64,000 nt of DNA, from assembly GCA_944393125.1 (NCBI GenBank), contig CALXZB010000003.1:4693-68692 (forward strand). The letters run 5' to 3'. The position numbers were made by a program, and so were the translations under genes. Shown here piece by piece: positions 35,676 to 49,401 of the stretch. Source of the stretch: an uncultured Clostridia bacterium (GTDB lineage: Bacteria; Bacillota; Clostridia; TANB77; CAG-508). The notes below the pieces were generated by a model, which was not told the origin of the DNA, searched no databases, and saw only the letters and a list, made by a program, of their open reading frames with translations. The first letter of the stretch is position 1; the number at the start of each line of letters is the position of its first letter.

Positions 35676-38314
35676 TGCCACAAACAATAGCAGAAATAAC
35701 AGATAAATCAACAATATCTCCAATGATGCAAAGATATATAGAAACAAAAGAAAAATACAATGACTGTATTTTATTTTACAGACTAGGAGATTTCTACGAA
35801 ATGTTTTTTGAAGATGCATTAATAGCATCAAGAGAACTAGAAATTACCTTAACAGGAAAAGACTGTGGCTTATCAGAAAGAGCACCAATGGCAGGTGTGC
35901 CACACCATGCAGCAGAAGTTTATGCAGCGAAATTAATAGAAAAAGGATATAAAGTTGCAATATGTGAACAACTAGAAGATCCTAAAACAGCTAAAGGAAT
36001 AGTAGAAAGAGGAGTTATAAGAATACTAACACCTGGAACTATTGTAGAAAGTAATTTACTAGAAGAAAAGAAAAACAATTACATAATGAGCATTTGCAAA
36101 AGTGGATTATATTTTGGAATAAGTGTATGTGATATTTCAACAGGAGAATTTTATTCATGTGAAATAAAAGGAGAAAATAATTTTGAATTATTACTTGATG
36201 AAATAGCGAGATTTAATCCTTCAGAAATAATTACAAACTCTATGATGTTTGAATGCCAGGAAGAAATAAATAAAATAAGAGAAAGATTTCAAATGTACAT
36301 GAGCAGATTCAATGACAAATTCTTTTCAGAAGATGAAGGAAATTTAGCATTGGATTATAATATTATAGAAAACAAAAAAGAAATAACATCATTAAAAGAC
36401 AAAACAATAGCAGTAAAATCAATAAATGCATTATTAGAATATCTAAATGAAACCCAAATGACAAGTTTGGAACACATAAATACAATAAAAATTTATAATT
36501 TATCTAAATATATGTCATTAGATATTAATGCAAGAAGAAATTTAGAAATAACAGAAAAAATGCGTGACAAAACTAAAAAAGGAACATTACTATGGGTACT
36601 AGATAGAACATCTACTTCAATGGGAGGTCGTTTGCTTAGAAGATGGCTAAATGATCCTTTGCTAGATGTTAATGAAATTAATGAACGTTTAAATTCTGTA
36701 AAAGAACTAAAAGATAATATGATGTTAAGAGGAGACATTACAGAAAACTTAAAGAAAGTGTATGATATTGAACGTCTTGCTGGAAAAATGGCTTATGGAA
36801 ATGCGAATGCAAGAGATATGATTACATTAAAAAATTCTTTAGAGAAAATACCTTATGTAAAACAAACTCTAAAAAATTGTGAATCAAAAAAATTAAAAGA
36901 ATTATATGAAAATTTGGATGAATTAAGAGATATACATGAACTTATAGACCATTCAATTGTAGAAGATCCTCCAATGACAATAAAAGATGGTGGAATAATA
37001 AAATTAGGATATAATGAAGAAATTGATATATTAAAAACTGCTTCAACAGAAGGCAAAAACTGGCTTGCAAAATTAGAGGCAGAAGAAAAAGAAAAAACAG
37101 GAATAAAAACTTTAAAAGTAGGGTATAACAAAGTTTTTGGATATTATATAGAAGTTTCAAAATCATTTGTATCACAAGTTCCAGATAGATTTATAAGAAA
37201 GCAAACATTAACAACAGGTGAAAGATATATAACAGAAGAACTAAAAACAATTGAAAACAAAATTTTAGGAGCAGAAGAAAAAGTAATAAATCTTGAATAT
37301 AATGCTTTTATAGAAATAAGAAATAAAATTGCTCAAAATATAAAAAGATTACAAAAAACAGCAAATGCTATATCAACGCTAGATGTTTTAGTTTCGTTTG
37401 CACAAGTTGCAGAAGATATGAATTACTGTATGCCAGCAGTAAATGATGATGGTATAATTAACATAAAAGAAGGAAGGCATCCTGTAATTGAAAAAATGAT
37501 AGGAATAGGAAATTTTGTGCCAAATGATACATATTTAAATAAGGACGAATCACGATTATCAATTATTACTGGACCTAACATGGCAGGAAAATCTACTTAT
37601 ATGAGACAAGTAGCATTAATTACATTAATGGCACAAGTTGGAAGCTTTGTACCAGCAACAGAAGCCCAAATAGGAGTAGTTGATAAAATTTTTACAAGAG
37701 TTGGAGCATCAGATGATTTAAGTATGGGGCAAAGTACATTTATGGTTGAAATGATGGAAGTTGCAACAATTTTAAAAGAAGCAACTGAAAATAGTCTAGT
37801 TATATTAGATGAAATAGGAAGAGGAACATCAACATATGATGGGCTTTCAATAGCTTGGGCAGTTGCTGAATATATTGCAGATAAACAAAAATGTGGAGCT
37901 AAAACTTTATTTGCAACACATTATCATGAATTAATAGAACTTGCAGATAAACAAGAAGGAATAAAAAATTATTCAGTTGCTGTTAAAGAAAAGGGTGAAG
38001 ATATAGTTTTTTTAAGAAAAATTATTGAAGGAGGAACAGACGAAAGCTATGGAATTCATGTCGCTCGTCTTGCTGGAGTACCTAAAATTGTAACCAAAAG
38101 AGCTGATGAAATTTTGAAATCACTAGAAAGAAAAAGCATGCTTAGTGGTAAGAAACAAGAAAAAGAAAATAAAAAAATTGTAGAAGGACAATTTGATATG
38201 TTCAACTATAAGCTTGCAGAAATTGCTCATGAAATAGATAAAATTAATTTAAATGAACTAACACCGATTGATGCATTAAATACTTTAGTAAAAATAAAAG
38301 AAAAGATGAAATAA
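35675..38314 (+). CDS. mutS: DNA mismatch repair protein MutS
   Basis: TPMMQRY, GPNMAGKST, DEIGRGTSTYDG. Confidence 0.96.
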   Translation: MPQTIAEITDKSTISPMMQRYIETKEKYNDCILFYRLGDFYEMFFEDALIASRELEITLTGKDCGLSERAPMAGVPHHAAEVYAAKLIEKGYKVAICEQLEDPKTAKGIVERGVIRILTPGTIVESNLLEEKKNNYIMSICKSGLYFGISVCDISTGEFYSCEIKGENNFELLLDEIARFNPSEIITNSMMFECQEEINKIRERFQMYMSRFNDKFFSEDEGNLALDYNIIENKKEITSLKDKTIAVKSINALLEYLNETQMTSLEHINTIKIYNLSKYMSLDINARRNLEITEKMRDKTKKGTLLWVLDRTSTSMGGRLLRRWLNDPLLDVNEINERLNSVKELKDNMMLRGDITENLKKVYDIERLAGKMAYGNANARDMITLKNSLEKIPYVKQTLKNCESKKLKELYENLDELRDIHELIDHSIVEDPPMTIKDGGIIKLGYNEEIDILKTASTEGKNWLAKLEAEEKEKTGIKTLKVGYNKVFGYYIEVSKSFVSQVPDRFIRKQTLTTGERYITEELKTIENKILGAEEKVINLEYNAFIEIRNKIAQNIKRLQKTANAISTLDVLVSFAQVAEDMNYCMPAVNDDGIINIKEGRHPVIEKMIGIGNFVPNDTYLNKDESRLSIITGPNMAGKSTYMRQVALITLMAQVGSFVPATEAQIGVVDKIFTRVGASDDLSMGQSTFMVEMMEVATILKEATENSLVILDEIGRGTSTYDGLSIAWAVAEYIADKQKCGAKTLFATHYHELIELADKQEGIKNYSVAVKEKGEDIVFLRKIIEGGTDESYGIHVARLAGVPKIVTKRADEILKSLERKSMLSGKKQEKENKKIVEGQFDMFNYKLAEIAHEIDKINLNELTPIDALNTLVKIKEKMK

Positions 38315-38330
38315 AAATTTCCAAAAACAC

Positions 38331-38359
38331 TTGATTTTATGCCAAAAATTGGGTATAAT
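38331..38359 (+). promoter_or_regulatory. promoter of the rimP-nusA-infB operon
   Basis: TTGATT, 17-nt spacer, TATAAT. Confidence 0.55.
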
Positions 38360-38382
38360 ATAAAAGAACATAAAAGAGCACA

Positions 38383-38409
38383 GAAGAGTAGGAGCAAATC
38401 CTACTCTTC
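38383..38409 (+). promoter_or_regulatory. stable 11-bp leader hairpin in the rimP-nusA 5' UTR
   Basis: GAAGAGTAGGA-GCAAA-TCCTACTCTTC with no U-tract after it. Confidence 0.45.
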
Positions 38410-38447
38410 AATCGTGAAAAGAGAAAATTTAAATAAAAGGAGGGCTT

Positions 38448-38900
38448 ATGGCAAACATAGAAGAAAAAGTTGAAGAACTAATAAAAGACAAAATCGAAAA
38501 TATAGGATATAGCCTATATGACGTAGAATATGCCAAAGAAGGACCAAATTACTATTTAAGAATATTTATAGACAGTGAAAAAGGAATTGATCTAGATGAC
38601 TGTGAGAAAGTAAGTAATGAGATAAATGATAAACTAGATGAAGCAGATTATATAAAAGAACAATACTATTTAGAAGTATCATCACCTGGTATAGAAAGAA
38701 TACTAAAAAAAGATAAACATTTAAAACAAAGTATAGGAAAACTAGTTGAAGCAAAATTATTTAAAAAAGATGAAAATGGAAATAAAAGCTATACAGGTAT
38801 ATTGAATGATTTTGATGAAAATACAATAACAATAGATAAAATAAAAATAGAAAAAAAGAATATAGCACAATTAAAAACTGTATATGAATGGGGGAATTAA
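38448..38900 (+). CDS. rimP: ribosome maturation factor RimP
   Basis: LEVSSPGIERILK motif. Position upstream of nusA. Confidence 0.92.
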   Translation: MANIEEKVEELIKDKIENIGYSLYDVEYAKEGPNYYLRIFIDSEKGIDLDDCEKVSNEINDKLDEADYIKEQYYLEVSSPGIERILKKDKHLKQSIGKLVEAKLFKKDENGNKSYTGILNDFDENTITIDKIKIEKKNIAQLKTVYEWGN

Positions 38901-38904
38901 AAAA

Positions 38905-39990
38905 ATGAAAGCAATAGATAATAAAGAATTAATATTAGCTTTAGAAGAATTAGAAAAGGAAAAAGGAATTAAAAAGAATGAATTATTAGAATCAATAAGA
39001 ACTGCTTTGATAACTGCATATAAAAGAAATTTTGATGCTCTAGAAAATGTAGATGTAAAAATGGATGAACAAACAGGAGCTACATATGTATATGCAATAA
39101 AAGAAGTAATGGAAAAAGCAAATGATGATGCTCTAGAAATTAGCTTAGAAGAAGCAAGAAAAATAAATAAAGATTTACAAATTGGAGATAGTGTAGAAGT
39201 AGAAATAGTACCTAGAGATTTTGGAAGAATAGCAGCTCAAACAGCCAAACAAGTTATAATTCAAAAATTAAGAGAAACAGAAAGAAATATGATATTTAAT
39301 GAATATAGTGAAAGAAAAGGCGAAATTGTATCAGGAATAATACAAAAAGCAGATAAACATATAGTAGTTATGGATTTGGGAAAACTAGAAGGAATAATGT
39401 TACCTAAAGACCAAATTCCAACAGAAAAATATAAAGTAAATGATAAGATAAAAGGATATGTAGTTGATGTAGAAAGAGGAGAAAAAGGAGTTCCTCAAGC
39501 TATTGTATCAAGAACTCATCCAGATTTTGTAAGAAAATTACTAGAATTTGAAATACCAGAAATATATGAAGGATTAATTGAAATAAAGAGTGTATCAAGA
39601 GATCCAGGACTAAGAAGCAAAGTAGCAGTGTATTCACCAAATGAAAACATAGACCCAGTAGGTTCATGTGTAGGGCAAAAAGGAATAAGAATTCAAAATG
39701 TTATAAATGAATTACATGGAGAAAAAATAGATGTAATTGAGTGGAATCAAGATCCAAGTATATTTATAGCATCAGCATTATTACCTGCACAAATTATGGC
39801 AGTAGATATTAAGGAAGAAGAAAAATTTGCACAAGTTATAGTACCAGATGATCAATTATCATTAGCAATTGGTAAATCAGGACAAAATGCAAGATTAGCT
39901 GCAAAATTAACTAATTGGAAAATTGATATAAAATCTGAATCTCAATTTAGAGAAATATTAGCTAAAAAAGCAGAAGAAATAAATGAATAA
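38905..39990 (+). CDS. nusA: transcription termination/antitermination factor NusA
   Basis: S1 and two KH regions (GQKGIRIQNV, IGKSGQNARLAAKLT). ATG at 38905 lies behind GGGGGAA. Confidence 0.96.
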   Translation: MKAIDNKELILALEELEKEKGIKKNELLESIRTALITAYKRNFDALENVDVKMDEQTGATYVYAIKEVMEKANDDALEISLEEARKINKDLQIGDSVEVEIVPRDFGRIAAQTAKQVIIQKLRETERNMIFNEYSERKGEIVSGIIQKADKHIVVMDLGKLEGIMLPKDQIPTEKYKVNDKIKGYVVDVERGEKGVPQAIVSRTHPDFVRKLLEFEIPEIYEGLIEIKSVSRDPGLRSKVAVYSPNENIDPVGSCVGQKGIRIQNVINELHGEKIDVIEWNQDPSIFIASALLPAQIMAVDIKEEEKFAQVIVPDDQLSLAIGKSGQNARLAAKLTNWKIDIKSESQFREILAKKAEEINE

Positions 39991-40005
39991 AACTAGGAGG
40001 AAATA

Positions 40006-40287
40006 GTGAAAAGTATTCCACAGAGAACATGTTGTGTTTGCAGAACACAAAAAAACAAAAATGAATTGTTAAGAATTGTGAAAAACAAAAATAATAATAT
40101 TAATATTGATGAAACAGGAAAACTACCAGGAAGAGGAGCATATATTTGTTATAGTATGAATTGCGTTGAAAAAGCACAAAAAAGTAAAAAAATTGAAAAA
40201 GTTCTAGAAATAAAAGTTGAAAATGAGATATATGAACAAATGAGAAATATAGTAGAGAAAAAATTAGGGGGTGATGTTATTGGGTAA
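40006..40287 (+). CDS. ylxR: YlxR/DUF448 RNA-binding protein
   Basis: [19 protein letters not shown] and GRGAYIC motifs. GTG start behind AGGAGG. Confidence 0.85.
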   Translation: MKSIPQRTCCVCRTQKNKNELLRIVKNKNNNINIDETGKLPGRGAYICYSMNCVEKAQKSKKIEKVLEIKVENEIYEQMRNIVEKKLGGDVIG

Positions 40288-43192
40288 GATAAAATTATAT
40301 GACATAGCAAAAGAATTAAACTTAACCAGTAAAGAAGTATTAGAAATAGCTAAAAATTTAGGAATAGAAGCTAAAAGCCATTTAAGTTCTGTAGAAGATG
40401 ATGAAGCAGATAAAATAAGAAATAATGTAAAAGGAAATAAAGTCAAAAAAGAAAATAAAAAGATTGAGAAATCAAAAACAGAAAAAAATGAAACACCTGT
40501 AATTATAAGAAGAGAAGTTATAATAAATGATGAAACTAATACTCCAAAGGAGCATACAAGAAAAGAAGAAAAGAAAAATAATCATGTAGGTTTTGTAGAA
40601 AGAAAACAAAACAAAGATTATAATATAGTATATAGAAATAAAACAACAAAACCAATGACAGTTGATGAACTATTTGGAATAAAGAAAGAAAATAAAAATG
40701 AAAAGCCAGAAGAAGTAAAGGCTGAAGAAAAGGTAGAGCAAAAAGAAAAAAATATGGATGTTGAAAAGAAAATAAATGTTACTGAAAGTAAAGTAGAAGA
40801 AAAATCAGTAGAAAAAACAGTAGTAGTAGATAATAAATTTAATCAAAACAAAAAAAATAATAACAACAATTATAATAATAGGGATTTTAGACAAAATAAT
40901 AATAGAGGAAATAATCCAAATAATAATTTCTCAAATAAAAAGCCATACAATAGTAATCGCAACTTTGATAGAAATGGTCAAAATAATGGAAATAACTCTA
41001 GATTTGATAAAAATAGGACAAATGGATTTAATAATAATAGATTTGACAAAAATAGACCAAACAACAATTCAAAATTTGGCGGAAATAGACCACTTGATGA
41101 AAAAGGAATTGAAAGAAATATTAAAGATATAATGGCTGTTGAAACAATTGAAAAAGAACCTGCTAGAGAATATAACAAAGCAATAGATAAACAAAAACAA
41201 AATAATAAATTTGAAGAAAATAGAACAAAAAAGACAAATAAATCAAGAAAAAATGGACAAAGTGGAGAAATAAATGAACATAAATTAAAAGGATTAAAAA
41301 GAACAGATAGTTTATCTAATATGTTTGATGACCAAGATGGAGGAATGTTAGATTATTATGATTTAACAACACAAAGAGGCAAAAAAGGTAAAAAGAAAGT
41401 TGTAAAAGATGATGAAAATAGGACAAAACAAAAAATATTCAAATTAGAAGAAATAACAATACCAGAAACAATAACAGTAAAAGATTTTGCAACAGAATTA
41501 AAGAAAACAACAGCTGAAATTATAAAGAAATTACTTGACTATGGTGTAATGGCAACAATAAATAACGAAATTGACTTTGATACAGCTTCATTAATAGCAG
41601 ATGAATTTGGAGTAAAAGTAAATAAAAAAGAAACTATAACAGAAGAAGATATTTTATTTGATGAATCTGAAGATAAAGAAGAAGATTTAGTGGTAAGACC
41701 ACCAGTAGTTGTTGTAATGGGGCATGTTGACCATGGAAAAACATCTTTATTAGATGCAATAAAACAAACACATGTAATTGACAAAGAAGCAGGAGGAATT
41801 ACACAACATATAGGTGCTTATAAAGTTAAAATAAATGACAGAGAAATTACATTCTTAGATACACCAGGACATGAAGCATTTACAGCAATGAGAGCAAGAG
41901 GGGCGCAAATCACAGATATAGCAATATTAGTAGTAGCAGCTAATGATGGAGTAATGCCACAAACAGTAGAAGCAATAAATCATGCAAAATCAGCAGGAAT
42001 ACCAATAATAGTAGCTATAAACAAAATAGATTTACCAGATGCCAATATAGAAAAAGTAAAACAAGAATTAATGGCATATGAATTAGTTCCAGAAGAATGG
42101 GGAGGAGATACAATATTTGTTCCAATTTCTGCTAAAAAACATGAAAATATTGATCAATTATTAGAAATGGTATTATTAGAAGCAGATGTTTTAGAACTAA
42201 AAGCAAATCCAAATAAACAAGCAAAAGGAGTAGTAATAGAAGCAAGACTTGATAAAAATAAAGGTGCTATAGCATCAATGCTTGTACAAAGAGGAACTCT
42301 TGATGTTGGAGATACAATAGTTGTAGGTTCATCAATAGGAAGAATAAGAAGTATGACAGATGAAAAAGGTAAAAAAGTAAAAAAAGCTGGACCATCAACA
42401 CCGGTAGAAATAATGGGATTAACAGAAGTACCACAAGCAGGAGATATATTCTATGAAGTTAAAGATGAAAAAACAGCAAAACATTTGATAGAGAAGAGAA
42501 AACGTCAAGAAAGAGAAAAAGCAATAAATGCAATGAGCAAAGTTACATTAGATAATTTATTTAGCCAAATGGAAGCAGGAGAACTAAAAGTGCTTAATTT
42601 AATAGTAAAAGCAGATGTTCAAGGTTCTGTTGAAGCATTAAAACAATCAATGGAAAAATTATCAAATGAAGAAGTAAGAGTAAAAGTTATTCATGCAGCT
42701 GCAGGAGCAGTTACTGAATCAGATGTAACACTTGCAAAAGTTTCAAATGCAATTATTATTGCATTCAATGTACGTCCAATGCCAACAGCAAAAGATATGG
42801 CAGAAAAAGAAGAAGTAGAAATAAAGCAATATTCTGTTATATATCAAGCAATTGAAGACGTAGAGTCTGCTATGAAAGGAATGCTTGCTCCAAAATATGA
42901 AGAACATGTAATAGGAAATGCTGAAGTTAGACAAACATTTAAAATTTCAAATGTAGGAACTATCGCAGGAGCTTATGTAACAGATGGAAAACTTGAAAGA
43001 AATGCAGGGGTTAGAGTTCTTAGAGACAATGTTGTTATTCATGATGGAAAACTTTCATCATTAAAGAGATTTAAAGATGATGCTAAAGAAGTAACTAAAG
43101 GTTATGAATGTGGTATTCAAATAGAAAAATACAATGACATTAAAGAAGGAGACATAATAGAAGCTTATATTTTAGTAGAAATCAAAAGATAA
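40280..43192 (+). CDS. infB: translation initiation factor IF-2
   Basis: [25 protein letters not shown] prefer the TTG at 40280 (8 nt after AGGGGG) over ATG 40274 or GTG 40271, but the start is uncertain by up to 9 nt. Confidence 0.93.
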   Translation: MGKIKLYDIAKELNLTSKEVLEIAKNLGIEAKSHLSSVEDDEADKIRNNVKGNKVKKENKKIEKSKTEKNETPVIIRREVIINDETNTPKEHTRKEEKKNNHVGFVERKQNKDYNIVYRNKTTKPMTVDELFGIKKENKNEKPEEVKAEEKVEQKEKNMDVEKKINVTESKVEEKSVEKTVVVDNKFNQNKKNNNNNYNNRDFRQNNNRGNNPNNNFSNKKPYNSNRNFDRNGQNNGNNSRFDKNRTNGFNNNRFDKNRPNNNSKFGGNRPLDEKGIERNIKDIMAVETIEKEPAREYNKAIDKQKQNNKFEENRTKKTNKSRKNGQSGEINEHKLKGLKRTDSLSNMFDDQDGGMLDYYDLTTQRGKKGKKKVVKDDENRTKQKIFKLEEITIPETITVKDFATELKKTTAEIIKKLLDYGVMATINNEIDFDTASLIADEFGVKVNKKETITEEDILFDESEDKEEDLVVRPPVVVVMGHVDHGKTSLLDAIKQTHVIDKEAGGITQHIGAYKVKINDREITFLDTPGHEAFTAMRARGAQITDIAILVVAANDGVMPQTVEAINHAKSAGIPIIVAINKIDLPDANIEKVKQELMAYELVPEEWGGDTIFVPISAKKHENIDQLLEMVLLEADVLELKANPNKQAKGVVIEARLDKNKGAIASMLVQRGTLDVGDTIVVGSSIGRIRSMTDEKGKKVKKAGPSTPVEIMGLTEVPQAGDIFYEVKDEKTAKHLIEKRKRQEREKAINAMSKVTLDNLFSQMEAGELKVLNLIVKADVQGSVEALKQSMEKLSNEEVRVKVIHAAAGAVTESDVTLAKVSNAIIIAFNVRPMPTAKDMAEKEEVEIKQYSVIYQAIEDVESAMKGMLAPKYEEHVIGNAEVRQTFKISNVGTIAGAYVTDGKLERNAGVRVLRDNVVIHDGKLSSLKRFKDDAKEVTKGYECGIQIEKYNDIKEGDIIEAYILVEIKR

Positions 43193-43225
43193 TTTAGTAT
43201 ATTACTTAAATTAGAGGAGGACAAT

Positions 43226-43594
43226 ATGCCAAAAAATAATAATCGACAAGGAAGAATTGACGAAGAATTCAGAAAAGAATTGAGTCAAATAATAAGTTTT
43301 GAATTAAAAGAACCAAGTGTTACAGGAATGGTTAGTGTAACCAGAGTAAAAGTAACACCAGACTTAAAATATGCCAAAGTATCTGTAAGTATTTTAAATT
43401 CTAAAAATACAAAAGAAACTTTATTAGGATTAAAAAAATCAGCAGGATATTTGCGTTCAGAACTAGCAAGAAGAATTAATTTAAGGAATACTCCAGAACT
43501 AGTATTTGAACTAGATGAGTCATTAGAATATGGAGCTAGAATTGATAATATTTTAAATGAAATTAAAAACAAGGAGAAGAAAAGTAACATATGA
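43226..43594 (+). CDS. rbfA: ribosome-binding factor A
   Basis: Typical RbfA KH-like core (VTRVKVTPDLKYAKVSVS). Confidence 0.93.
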   Translation: MPKNNNRQGRIDEEFRKELSQIISFELKEPSVTGMVSVTRVKVTPDLKYAKVSVSILNSKNTKETLLGLKKSAGYLRSELARRINLRNTPELVFELDESLEYGARIDNILNEIKNKEKKSNI

Positions 43595-44550
43595 CTTTAG
43601 ATAATATATTAGAAGAAATAAAAAAAGCACAAAATATAGTTGTTTTAACACATGAATCACCTGATGGAGATGCTGTATCAAGCTCTTTATCAGTGATGCA
43701 TGCGGTAAAACAATTAGGAAAAAAGGTAGATGTAATAATACCTGAATATTCAAAAGATTTTAACTTTTTGCCAGGAGCAGAATTAATATTAAAAGAAGGA
43801 ACAATAAAAAATTATGATTTAGCAATATCAGTAGATTGTACTGATTTAAAAAGACTTGTTGGATCAAAAGAATACTTTGAAACAGCAAAAACAACAATTG
43901 AGGTTGATCATCATTCAGTAAATGCAATGTTTGCAGACTATTCATATGTAGATCCTGCTGCACCATCATGCTGTCAAGTACTAATTGCAATGTTTGAATA
44001 TTATGGAGTAGAAATAACAAAGGACTTAGCTACTTGTATATTGACGGGAATTATAACTGATACAGGAGGATTTCAATGGGGAGGAGTAACACCAGAAACA
44101 TTTGAATTTGCAGCAGAATTAATAAGAAAAGGAGCAAAAATAAAAGAAATTTGTAGAATTGCTTTAAGAAAGAAAAGTAAAGCACATTGTGAATTAGAAA
44201 AATTAGTATATAATAGACTAGAATACATAGAAGATGGAAAAATAGCATTAGCATATTTAACATTAGAAGACTATAAAAACTTAAATACTGAAATGGGTGA
44301 TGATGAAGGCTTAGTAGAAATGCTAAGAGATATTGAGGGAGTAGAAGTTGCAGTTCTATTAAAGGAAAAAGAAGGAACAAACGGATTCAAAATTTCCTTA
44401 CGTTCACATGAAACTGTAAATGTATCAGATATAGCATTATTATTAGGCGGTGGAGGTCATCGAGGAGCAGCTGGATGTTTTATTGCTGGAACAGTAGAAC
44501 AAGCTAAAACAAAAATTGTAAATGCAATTAAACATGAATTAGAAAAATAA
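43591..44550 (+). CDS. nrnA: DHH/DHHA1 phosphoesterase (NrnA-like oligoribonuclease/pAp phosphatase)
   Basis: HESPDGDA, DHH (VDHH) and GGGGH motifs. Confidence 0.85.
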   Translation: MTLDNILEEIKKAQNIVVLTHESPDGDAVSSSLSVMHAVKQLGKKVDVIIPEYSKDFNFLPGAELILKEGTIKNYDLAISVDCTDLKRLVGSKEYFETAKTTIEVDHHSVNAMFADYSYVDPAAPSCCQVLIAMFEYYGVEITKDLATCILTGIITDTGGFQWGGVTPETFEFAAELIRKGAKIKEICRIALRKKSKAHCELEKLVYNRLEYIEDGKIALAYLTLEDYKNLNTEMGDDEGLVEMLRDIEGVEVAVLLKEKEGTNGFKISLRSHETVNVSDIALLLGGGGHRGAAGCFIAGTVEQAKTKIVNAIKHELEK

Positions 44551-44561
44551 AAGGAATAAAT

Positions 44562-46981
<2,420 letters not shown>

Positions 46982-46999
46982 TTCATAAAAGGTGGAAAA

Positions 47000-47878
47000 A
47001 TGGATTTAATATCTATAAAAAGAAAATATAGAAATATAAGAAATATAATAATAGTAGTTTTTATAGCAATAATGCTTATACTTATAGGTATTATTATAAG
47101 AGAAAAACATTTAGATGTAAAATATGAAAAAATTTATTTATCATATAAAAAATTAATTGAGCAATCAGAAAATTATGAAAAACAAAAAGAAGAAGAAGAA
47201 AGATTAGCAAAATTACCTCAATTAACTGAAGAAGGAAAAAACAACATAGCTAATATATATAAGTCAGAAAATAAAAGAGTTTTCTTGACTTTTGATGATG
47301 GGCCTTCTAAAGGTGTTACAACTACTATTTTAGATACATTAAAAAGTGAAAATATAAAAGCGACATTTTTTGTATTAGGAAGTAGAGTAGACTTGTATCC
47401 TGATATAGTAAAAAGAGAATATGAGGAAGGTCATTATATAGCAAGTCATGGCTATTCGCATGTGTATTCACAGTTATATTATTCACCACAAGCAACATTA
47501 GATGAATATAATAAAAGTATAGAATCAATTAGAAATGCTATAGGAATAAATGAATATAATCCACATTTATTTAGGTTTCCGGGCGGATATAGTGGAGGAA
47601 AGTATGCTAAAATAAAAAGTCAAGCAGCACAATTATTAGCAGAAAATGAAATTGTCTATGTGGATTGGAATGCCTTAACAGCTGATTCTGCTGGTGCGAA
47701 AACAACAGAAGATTTTATTGCTGAGCTTGAAAAAACAGTTCCTAAGCATAATAGTGTGGTTGTTTTAATGCATGATGCAGGAAACAAAAATGTAACAGCT
47801 GAAGCATTACCTACAATTATTCAATATTTTAGAGAACGTGGATATGAGTTTGAAAATTTTTATAGTATAATTAAATAA
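47000..47878 (+). CDS. membrane-anchored polysaccharide deacetylase (NodB domain)
   Basis: FLTFDDGP, HGYSH and FRFPGG motifs with an N-terminal TM. Confidence 0.85.
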   Translation: MDLISIKRKYRNIRNIIIVVFIAIMLILIGIIIREKHLDVKYEKIYLSYKKLIEQSENYEKQKEEEERLAKLPQLTEEGKNNIANIYKSENKRVFLTFDDGPSKGVTTTILDTLKSENIKATFFVLGSRVDLYPDIVKREYEEGHYIASHGYSHVYSQLYYSPQATLDEYNKSIESIRNAIGINEYNPHLFRFPGGYSGGKYAKIKSQAAQLLAENEIVYVDWNALTADSAGAKTTEDFIAELEKTVPKHNSVVVLMHDAGNKNVTAEALPTIIQYFRERGYEFENFYSIIK

Positions 47879-47995
47879 AAAATAATAAATAGAGAAGAAA
47901 TTGATATAACAACATTTTTCCTTAAAACTATTGCAAAATGGAAAAAATATGATATAATATAAAAGCTATAAGAAAGACAAGAAAGGAAGATTATA

Positions 47996-49324
47996 ATGAA
48001 TTGTAAAGTAGAAAAAACAGAAAAGGCAAATGAGGTAAAATTAGAAATTACAATAGAAGCAGAAAAATTTGAAAATGCAATGAAAAAAGTATATTTCAAA
48101 AATGCAAAATATTTTAATATACCTGGTTTTAGAAAAGGAAAAGCACCAATGAATATAGTTGAAAAATATTATGGAGCTCAAATTTTCTATGAAGATGCAT
48201 TTAATGAAGTTGCAACAGAAGCATATGATGAAGCATTAACTGAAAATAAAATAGAAGCAGTAAGCAAACCAGAAGTAGATATTATCCAAATGGAAAAAGG
48301 AAAAGATGTAATTTTTACAGCAATAGTTCAAACAAAACCAGAAGTAGAATTAGGAAAATACAAAGGTATTGAAATATCAAAAGTTGAATATCCTGTAAAA
48401 GATAGTGATGTTGAGCATGAACTTGAACATATGCAAGAACATAATGCAAGATTAATAACAATAGAAGATAGAGCATTAGAAAAAGGAGATATTTCAACAA
48501 TAGACTTTGAAGGATTTGTAGATGGAGTAGCTTTTGAAGGTGGAAAAGCTGAAGGTCATGAACTAGAAATAGGAAGCGGATCTTTTATACCAGGATTTGA
48601 AGATCAATTAATTGGAATGAAAATTGATGAAGAAAAAGAAATTAAAGTAACATTCCCAAAAGAATATTTTTCAAAAGACTTAGCTGGTAAAGAAGCAACA
48701 TTTAAAGTAAAATTACATCAAATAAAGAAAAAAGAATTACCAAAATTAGATGATGAATTTGCTAAAGATGTAAGTGAGTTTGATACACTTGCAGAATTAA
48801 AAGCAAGTATTAAAGAAAAAATTGAAAAAAGTAATGAACAAAGAGCAAAATATGAAACAGAAGAAGCTGCAATAAAAGCAGTTTGTGAAAATGCGAAATT
48901 AGAAATTCCATCAGGAATGGTAGAATTAGAAATAGACAATATGTTAAAAGATTTTGAACAAAGATTATCATATCAAGGATTAAACCTAGAACAGTATTTG
49001 AAAATGATAGGCAGAACAGAAGAAGAAATGAGAAAAGATTATGAAGAACAAGCAAAAGAAGCAATAAAATCAAGACTTGTACTAGAAGCTATCATAAATG
49101 CTGAAAAAATCGAAGCAAAAGAAGAAGAAATAGATGCAAAAATGCAAGAAATGGCAAAGAACTATGGAAAAAAAGTTGAAGAATTAAATAAAAATGAAAA
49201 CTTAAAGAAATATTTAAGTGAAGGAATAAAATCAGAAAAAGCTTTAGAATTCATAGTAAAAAATGCAAAATTTGCAGAATCTAAAAAAGAAACAAAGAAA
49301 CAAACAAAGAAAAGCGAAAAATAG
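47996..49324 (+). CDS. tig: trigger factor
   Basis: Ribosome-binding GFRKGKAP motif and an FKBP-type PPIase region. Confidence 0.95.
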   Translation: MNCKVEKTEKANEVKLEITIEAEKFENAMKKVYFKNAKYFNIPGFRKGKAPMNIVEKYYGAQIFYEDAFNEVATEAYDEALTENKIEAVSKPEVDIIQMEKGKDVIFTAIVQTKPEVELGKYKGIEISKVEYPVKDSDVEHELEHMQEHNARLITIEDRALEKGDISTIDFEGFVDGVAFEGGKAEGHELEIGSGSFIPGFEDQLIGMKIDEEKEIKVTFPKEYFSKDLAGKEATFKVKLHQIKKKELPKLDDEFAKDVSEFDTLAELKASIKEKIEKSNEQRAKYETEEAAIKAVCENAKLEIPSGMVELEIDNMLKDFEQRLSYQGLNLEQYLKMIGRTEEEMRKDYEEQAKEAIKSRLVLEAIINAEKIEAKEEEIDAKMQEMAKNYGKKVEELNKNENLKKYLSEGIKSEKALEFIVKNAKFAESKKETKKQTKKSEK

Positions 49325-49401
49325 TTGAAAAAAGTTAGGGAAGTTTTGGTTTAATCTTTACCTAACTTTTTGCGTTTAAATAAATATTAAGGAGGAAAAA
49401 T

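Noticed and set aside
49325-49401. Looked for a CtsR operator (tandem GGTCAAA heptads) upstream of clpP
   Set aside because: No such repeat is present. The spacer contains only the tig terminator (AGTTAGG/CCTAACT) and the clpP RBS.
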